Source: Acaryochloris marina S15
GTDB lineage: Bacteria > Cyanobacteriota > Cyanobacteriia > Thermosynechococcales > Thermosynechococcaceae
Direction: 5' to 3'
DNA length: 32,000 bases
NCBI RefSeq assembly: GCF_018336915.1
Contig: NZ_CP064923.1
Coordinates: 750,001-782,000, forward strand
This document shows positions 26,401 through 32,000 of the stretch, piece after piece. Every line of letters begins with the position of its first letter. Within the stretch, counting starts at the first letter, position 1. The notes below the pieces were generated by a model. That model saw nothing but the letters and a program-made list of their open reading frames with translations. It had not been told where the DNA came from and searched no databases. The position numbers and the translations under genes were made by a program.

Positions 26401-26762
26401 TAAAACTTGTCTGTCTCAGCTCGGATTTGTTCAGCAGTGATGGCTTGCTGATCCCCAGAAAAGGGATTATCAGAGGTCAAGAACAACATACAGTGACATT
26501 CTTTACGCTCCCGCATGGGTACACAGGGACAATTCCAATAGGCCGCTGCCACTTCCGCTTCTTTATCTTCGTAATAGCGACAAGGGCACAAAGGAGAACC
26601 CAAATCATCCTTATGCTTGGCTAGACCTTCAATGACAACAGCCGTTGTTCCAAGATCTGAGCAAAAGTAAGTTCCAGTGCGCTGAGCATAGGTTTCAGAG
26701 AACTTTCTCATCGCCTCCAGGCTTTTTTCCGTAGCTTGTTGGGCACCGCTAGCTTGTGTCAT
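26400..26762 (-). CDS. ftrC: Ferredoxin-thioredoxin reductase catalytic (beta) subunit
   Basis: Diagnostic CPC...CPC...CHC arrangement: SPLCPCRYY, WNCPCVPMRERKECHCMLF. 120 aa, ATG at 26762. Confidence 0.9.
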   Translation of the reverse strand: MTQASGAQQATEKSLEAMRKFSETYAQRTGTYFCSDLGTTAVVIEGLAKHKDDLGSPLCPCRYYEDKEAEVAAAYWNCPCVPMRERKECHCMLFLTSDNPFSGDQQAITAEQIRAETDKF

Positions 26763-26993
26763 AGGATCCTTGAGGTCAAAAACTTGGGGACAGAATATTG
26801 GCTTCTTTTGGTTTAAAGCCTACCATTATTGGCTTGTGTTTATGGACTGCAATATTTCCGAGTAGAAAAATTCCAAAAAGACACCTCACTTTACTGTTGC
26901 AGCTTTGTGATCGCTCGATCCTAGCGGTCTCCAGTTGCCTACTGTTCAAAAAACAGGCAACAATGAAAGAAGTATTACGATCCTTCACATTCC

Positions 26994-28301
26994 ATGGCTT
27001 CAGCCCAACACACCACGAAAAATACTGCTGTCGCGGAAGTTAATGCCCCGTCCCACACCAGCTTCGACTATGACATCGCTATTGTTGGGGGCGGAATTGT
27101 TGGCGCAACTCTCGCTGCGGCCCTTAAAGATACAGACCTGCGGGTGGTCGTGATTGAAGCGCAACCCCACTCGGTGGCTATTGCTAAAGGCCAAGCCTAT
27201 GCGATTCACCTAAGTTCTAGCCGAATTTATCAAGGAATTGGTGTTTGGGAGGCCATTGCTCCCCAAGTCGAATATTTTTCCCAGGTTCATCTATCAGACG
27301 GCAATTGTCCCAGTGTTGTTAAATTCAAGCCGAGAGATTTAGGGACGTCTATCTTAGGCTATGTTGCAGAACATCGCGTTTTACTTAAAGAGCTACTGCA
27401 GTTTCTGGAAACTTGTGAGCATGTCGACTGGTGCTGTCCTGCTCAAGTAATAGCTACTCATTACCATGCCCATGGGGTGGAGGTTCAATTGGCACCCAGT
27501 TCCTGCGAAGCAGAAGAGGCCCATCGCCCTAATGCTGAGTCATTGCCCCAGACTTTGAACGTCAGAATGCTGGTGGCGGCAGATGGGTCGCGATCTCAAG
27601 TTCGTCAACAAGCCGGTATCACCACTCAAGGCTGGGATTATTGGCAATCCTGTCTAGTGGCAACCATTGCTCCCGAGAAATTCCATAACCATATCGCCTA
27701 TGAGCGATTTTGGCCCAGTGGTCCTTTTGCCATTTTGCCGATTGCGAACCGTCAATGTCGCATTGTGTGGACTGCTCCCCATGCTCAAGCCCAAGCTTTA
27801 TTGGAGCTAGAAGAAGACCAATTTCTAGACTTGCTTCAACAACGATACGGCTCGCAAATGGGCAAACTCTCTCTGGTTGGGCGCCGCTTCCTCTTTCCAG
27901 CGAAATGGATGCATTCCACACAATATATGGGTCATCGTCTCGCTCTGGTCGGTGATGCTGCCCATACCTGCCATCCGGTGGGAGGACAAGGTCTAAATCT
28001 GGGCATTCGGGATGCGGCAGCCTTAGCCCAAGTTCTGCATACTGCCCATCAGGCTGGTCAAGATATTGGCAATGTCCAGGTATTGCGTCAATATCAGCAG
28101 TGGCGGCGTCGCCAAAATTGGCTAGCGTTGGGCTTTACCGATATTCTGAACCGAGTATTTTCCAATCGGTGGTTTTTAGTCGTTCAAGGACGGCGATTGG
28201 GGTTGCGTACACTGCAATGGATTACTCCTCTGCGGATCCTAGCTCTTCGCTTTATGGCCGGACTGAGTGGCCGCTTGCCTAACCTAGGGCAGCCTAAGTA
28301 G
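26994..28301 (+). CDS. FAD-dependent aromatic hydroxylase, UbiH/UbiF/VisC/COQ6 family
   Basis: DIAIVGGGIVGATLA (GxGxxG), ADGSRSQVR, LVGDAAHTCHPVGGQGLNLGIRDAAAL fingerprints. Confidence 0.85.
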   Translation: MASAQHTTKNTAVAEVNAPSHTSFDYDIAIVGGGIVGATLAAALKDTDLRVVVIEAQPHSVAIAKGQAYAIHLSSSRIYQGIGVWEAIAPQVEYFSQVHLSDGNCPSVVKFKPRDLGTSILGYVAEHRVLLKELLQFLETCEHVDWCCPAQVIATHYHAHGVEVQLAPSSCEAEEAHRPNAESLPQTLNVRMLVAADGSRSQVRQQAGITTQGWDYWQSCLVATIAPEKFHNHIAYERFWPSGPFAILPIANRQCRIVWTAPHAQAQALLELEEDQFLDLLQQRYGSQMGKLSLVGRRFLFPAKWMHSTQYMGHRLALVGDAAHTCHPVGGQGLNLGIRDAAALAQVLHTAHQAGQDIGNVQVLRQYQQWRRRQNWLALGFTDILNRVFSNRWFLVVQGRRLGLRTLQWITPLRILALRFMAGLSGRLPNLGQPK

Positions 28302-28398
28302 ACTCACTAGTAATGATCAAGATTCTCAAGCGACCCAGAAGAAATTACTGCAAGGCACCATAATAGAGTCAATTATTCGGCGTTCAGGGATGTGATCT

Positions 28399-29289
28399 AT
28401 GTTCCATCGACTTCTCATTACCACCGATTTTACCGATGGCCTTCATCGTCTCGTTAAGTTTATTCCTGAACTCGCGCAAGCTGGGTTGCAACAAATTGTC
28501 TTTTTACACTGTGTGCCCTTCGAAGACGATCGAAATATTCCCAAAATTGACGAAGAAAAATTGGCGATGGCTCAGGCCAAACTCTCTCCCGCATTGGAAC
28601 ATTGCCCTGACAATATTGAAGTCCAAATCGAATTGCCCACCTGCTCATCCTCAGCTGGAGCGAGGGCCAAAGCTATCTTGGCTGCCGTAGAAAAGTATCA
28701 ATCAGAGTTGGTCATGGTAGGGACCTCGATTCATAGCCTCCTGAATGAGAAATTGTTTGGCAGTACCACCAGTGAATTAGCCCCCAAAACTGCTGTTCCT
28801 CTGTTGATCCTGCGACCACAGTTAGTGTCTGCCTATACGGAAGAAGAAATGGCGCTGCGCTGTCAGCATTTGTTGCGATACTTACTTATCCCTTTTGATG
28901 GCAGCCAATCTGCTCAACATGTGGTGGACTATGTCGCAGCCAAAGCAGAAAATCGGCCGCCTCAGTCTTTGGACGCCTGCATGCTGTGTTGGGTTTTGGA
29001 GAAATCAGGGCGTAAAGAAGTCTCCCTACTCCCGAAAGCCAAGGATTGCACTAAATCCTTACAGGCACTACAACAGCGGCTTGAGGATCTGAAGTTACAG
29101 GTGAATATTGATGTGCGTCAGGGAAATGCGATCGCAGAAATTCAAACCGTTGCTTTAGACTTCGATATCAGCGCTATTGTCGTTTCTTCCAAGCACTTTG
29201 GTCGACTCTGGGAGTTGTCAATTCCCAGCTTCGCTGGAGAGATGGTACGCCGAAGCTGGCACCCAATTTTATTTGTGCCGCCGGCTTAA
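28399..29289 (+). CDS. Tandem universal stress protein (two Usp domains)
   Basis: Two half-repeats of about 145 aa, each starting with a beta-strand plus D (RLLITTDFTD / YLLIPFDGSQ) and ending with a G/S-rich strand (LVMVGTS..GSTT / IVVSSKH..). The ATP-binding G-2x-G-9x-G(S/T) motif looks degenerate. Confidence 0.7.
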   Translation: MFHRLLITTDFTDGLHRLVKFIPELAQAGLQQIVFLHCVPFEDDRNIPKIDEEKLAMAQAKLSPALEHCPDNIEVQIELPTCSSSAGARAKAILAAVEKYQSELVMVGTSIHSLLNEKLFGSTTSELAPKTAVPLLILRPQLVSAYTEEEMALRCQHLLRYLLIPFDGSQSAQHVVDYVAAKAENRPPQSLDACMLCWVLEKSGRKEVSLLPKAKDCTKSLQALQQRLEDLKLQVNIDVRQGNAIAEIQTVALDFDISAIVVSSKHFGRLWELSIPSFAGEMVRRSWHPILFVPPA

Positions 29290-29307
29290 GGCTATCTTGA
29301 CCCAGAC

Positions 29308-30900
29308 CTACGTTTGAAATTTTTGTCCTTGCGCATTTTCGAGCTTAATTAAAATATTGGGCTTGATTTTTTCCAACTCAGCTTTCAGCATTTGCTTACT
29401 GGTCATTGCCGAACCCGGTACAACAGCCCCTCGACTGAGCCGCATCCAATCTTGAAAGATCTGTTTCTGATAAGGGGCAATCGGTACAGTACAAACGTTT
29501 GCAGGTTGTTCAGGATCCTCACGAGAGAAGAAAATGAGTGGATAATATCCCACCTGACTGAGCAATTGCACTGCTTTTTCGCCGCGAGCATCTTTCAAAT
29601 CTAGATAGCAAGGCAACCACTTTGGCCCTGACATCGGATCATAAATCGTCGTAATCCACAGCACCATGGGATGCGGATGAATTGTACATAAAAACTGGTT
29701 ATAGCGGGTATTCAGCAGCCGCTGGCTAACTTCAGATCGCGGCAACATCACCCATAAGGCCACCGCTTCTTCCTTTTCAGTTTGCAATAACTGTGGAAAT
29801 ACAATATCTGCAATGGGCTTATTTTTGGGCCAAGAGACATTCCAGCCTGCATCCTCAATAGACCAAAATCGTTGCTGAGGATTAGGAATAGAGGGAACGC
29901 GGGCCGTTCCGAGGGTTCGGCGTCGATCCGATACGGTGTTTTGATGGGCCTTTTTATCGACGATGACTGGCTCATCAATTTCGACTTTGCCTCCGTCCAA
30001 GCCTTGCTCTATTAAGGTTTGGATGACCGCCAGGATATCAGCCATGGTCTGGGGACGAGTGTCAGGAGACTTCGCCATACAAGACATAATCAAGTCATTC
30101 AGAGAGGCAGGGATTTGTAATCCGGGGGCGACTTGAGTGAAGGTTTTAGGCACTTGAGCGCGATGGGCATGATACCAACTGCCAATCGAATTAGTTTCGG
30201 CCTGAATCGGAATATGTCCTGTGAGCACCTCAAACATAGTGATGCCAAGACTATATATATCGGAGCGATTATCTAAATCCTTGCCGGCAATCTGTTCAGG
30301 AGAACAGTAAGCCAATGTCCCCATAAACGAGCCTGTTTGATTGGATTCAGTAGTATCTGATAAGAATTGAGCAATGCCAAAATCTAAAACCTTAGCCAAG
30401 GTTCCTAAACTGGGATCAGAAATCACAAAGGCATTACTAGGCTTAATATCGCGATGAATGACTTGACAGTGTTTGCCATCAATTTTTATACCTTGGTGTG
30501 CACATTCTAATCCCAGACACATATGCCGCATTAACCGTAAAAATTGGTTAATCCCTAAAGGCTGAGCTGCAATAACATCACTTAAATTTTTCCCTTCCAT
30601 ATACTCCATGACATAGAAGGGGGCTTCATTCCGATGTACACCGTAATCTAAAACACGGACGATATGGAGACTGCGTTGCCCCAGTTGTGCCCCAGTTCGA
30701 GCTTCATGGGCAAACCGCATTTTCATTTTTTCGCTCAGTAACGTTTGAGCAAGAAATTTAACGGCGACTGTGACACCACCCAAGAGCTGATCTTCTGCCC
30801 GATAAACCTTTCCCATCGAGCCTTGACCAATGAGCTCTGCTAACCGATATCGGTTGATCAGAACTTGGCCGAGGTTTGGATCAGTGTTGTCGTCAATCAT
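29308..30900 (-). CDS. Hanks-type Ser/Thr protein kinase with an uncharacterised C-terminal domain of about 200 aa
   Basis: GQGSMGKVYRA..VAVKFL, HRDIKPSN, DFGIA, GTLAYCSPEQ. The C-terminal region (aa ~330-530) has no motif I recognise and no obvious TM segment. Confidence 0.9.
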   Translation of the reverse strand: MIDDNTDPNLGQVLINRYRLAELIGQGSMGKVYRAEDQLLGGVTVAVKFLAQTLLSEKMKMRFAHEARTGAQLGQRSLHIVRVLDYGVHRNEAPFYVMEYMEGKNLSDVIAAQPLGINQFLRLMRHMCLGLECAHQGIKIDGKHCQVIHRDIKPSNAFVISDPSLGTLAKVLDFGIAQFLSDTTESNQTGSFMGTLAYCSPEQIAGKDLDNRSDIYSLGITMFEVLTGHIPIQAETNSIGSWYHAHRAQVPKTFTQVAPGLQIPASLNDLIMSCMAKSPDTRPQTMADILAVIQTLIEQGLDGGKVEIDEPVIVDKKAHQNTVSDRRRTLGTARVPSIPNPQQRFWSIEDAGWNVSWPKNKPIADIVFPQLLQTEKEEAVALWVMLPRSEVSQRLLNTRYNQFLCTIHPHPMVLWITTIYDPMSGPKWLPCYLDLKDARGEKAVQLLSQVGYYPLIFFSREDPEQPANVCTVPIAPYQKQIFQDWMRLSRGAVVPGSAMTSKQMLKAELEKIKPNILIKLENAQGQKFQT

Positions 30901-31596
30901 TTTATGATTGTTCTCCCACGCACCGAGCGAATTGACTCCAAAACAAGGTAATGATTGTCCTCATGTTGTGCGTTCTTCTCAACGGTATGCTATCAACAAG
31001 TGTCATCACTCAACAGTTTTCCCAGAAGGTTCAGAATTTGAACAGTTTCTGCAACACTTGATAATCCTCAATAGAATATTCTCTACAATACTGTTGGCTT
31101 TCCCCAGGAAAACTCAAGCATAACTGTGTAGACTGAATATTGAAGTACATCAATCTTAACTTATATTTTTCCAGCCTCTTCATCCCCCATAAGTTTTCAT
31201 CAAACAGGGACAGAGAGATGAATTAGCGGAATGAATGCTATCGTTTTTTACAATCTGAACTATAAAATTCAGATAAATTCAATTTTAAGAAACAAAATTG
31301 GGAATTATAATCTCTAGTGTTAGCTCGAATGTAATAGTAACTTCAGCCTAGCTATGTGAATACTGTCTATCGTTAGGTCACTACTCAGGATACCAACGTT
31401 ATAGATAAAGCTATGTTGTGCTGATGCACTGAACAATTGATCTAAATATCGAGTTCATTAGGTAAACCGGGGGGGTTATCTTCAAATCATTATTTTTTAA
31501 AACAAATATCACCAGTATTGGGCGTTTTAGAGTTGCAAAGTTCTGAAGCACAGCTTTAGCCTGCTCTTATTTTGACTCCCGAAGCTGGTGCGGAAC

Positions 31597-31610
31597 TTAC
31601 GAATTCGTAA
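31597..31610. promoter_or_regulatory. Perfect 14-bp palindrome TTACGAATTCGTAA
   Basis: Self-complementary 14-mer in the ORF-free region between the kinase gene and the PadR-like gene. Confidence 0.35.
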
Positions 31611-31747
31611 CGCTTTTAGGGCTGTCATTCTTGGAGAGCAGTAACTTCTGTGCTCTTAGTGTTTGTCGTCTATAGGGCAAAGACACGGGGGCGTATGAAG
31701 GGCTAATGGCGTCTTCCGAGCAACTTCTCTAGACAGGCTCATGGAAC

Positions 31748-31768
31748 ATGACGATTAACCATCGTCAT
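31748..31768. promoter_or_regulatory. Inverted repeat ATGACGAT-taacc-ATCGTCAT (candidate operator or hairpin) 45 bp upstream of the PadR-like start
   Basis: Exact 8-bp arms at 31748-31755 and 31761-31768. PadR regulators typically bind palindromes in their own promoters. Confidence 0.4.
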
Positions 31769-31812
31769 TAGTTTCCGCATCATTATTCACCTTATTTACG
31801 AAGTGACAGCAC

Positions 31813-32000
31813 ATGAAATTCCAAGATATTTATCGATATTTTCAAGAACCACCACCTATTTATCTCAGTAAAGAAGTAGCCGTTTGCTACGTATTATCCG
31901 TGCTGATTGACCATGGTGACTCCTATGGAACAGCCTTGATCCAGCTCGTAGAGAATAACCATCCGTTGTATCGTTTGTCAGATACGGTACTGTATAGTGC
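31813..32000 (+). CDS. PadR-like winged-helix transcriptional regulator, N-terminal part (3' end outside the window)
   Basis: ATG at 31813, open to the window edge: MKFQDIYRYFQEPPPIYLSKEVAVCYVLSVLIDHGDSYGTALIQLVENNHPLYRLSDTVLYS. The pattern ..vL.vL..g..yG..Li..ve.......ls.g.lY resembles PadR N-terminal domains. Confidence 0.4.
   Translation, partial: MKFQDIYRYFQEPPPIYLSKEVAVCYVLSVLIDHGDSYGTALIQLVENNHPLYRLSDTVLYS

Noticed and set aside
26776-27209. Short ORFs (69-81 aa) in and around the ftrC/ubiH-like divergent region
   Set aside because: They overlap each other or the UbiH-like start, have no motifs, and sit where divergent promoters are expected.
30908-31123. 71-aa plus-strand ORF directly upstream of the kinase gene
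   Set aside because: It has a TTG start, no RBS and no recognisable motif, and it sits in the kinase promoter region. It is not supportable as a gene from sequence alone.

Overview
This looks like a cyanobacterial chromosome fragment. The HIP1 octamer GCGATCGC occurs at least 10 times between 8.2 and 29.2 kb, and the window carries ftrC, an lptA/C-like-lptB-lptF/G cluster, a HetP-family gene and a UbiH-type hydroxylase. It splits into two parts. (1) Bases 1 to about 8100 are markedly lower in GC and HIP1-free. On the minus strand they carry an export module: an HlyD-type adaptor, a HetP-family protein, and a 1071-aa HetC-like ABC exporter (tandem cNMP-binding-like domains, an apparently active C39 peptidase, TMD and ATPase). 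A convergent parvulin-like gene lies to the left and a 1.7-kb ORF-free, very AT-rich spacer to the right. No canonical double-glycine cargo gene is visible. The HetP-like protein itself ends in a ..VTGG motif followed by a 23-aa tail, and that tail's coding sequence overlaps the longest candidate exporter ORF (from ATG 3754). I consider this module the most interesting candidate system. (2) From about 8.1 kb onward there is mostly ordinary, roughly 50% GC core DNA: a MenH-like hydrolase (the composition break falls inside this gene), an orphan DUF5682 protein, a SUKH/SMI1-KNR4-like protein divergent from an ATP-grasp protein, and a PhzF-family gene. An IS50/Tn5-like IS4 element sits exactly at the phzF-like stop codon, with perfect 21-bp IRs, a 9-bp TSD and a transposase N-terminus broken by two frameshifts. 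Further along are a LysR/quinone-oxidoreductase divergent pair, a glycosyltransferase remnant, DUF427, a two-gene secreted DUF11-like module behind a 1-kb AT-rich leader, GFA, the lpt genes, DUF309-ftrC, ubiH-like, a tandem USP, a Hanks-type kinase, and a 0.7-kb ORF-free region before a partial PadR-like gene. I could not recognise any rRNA, tRNA or CRISPR array.
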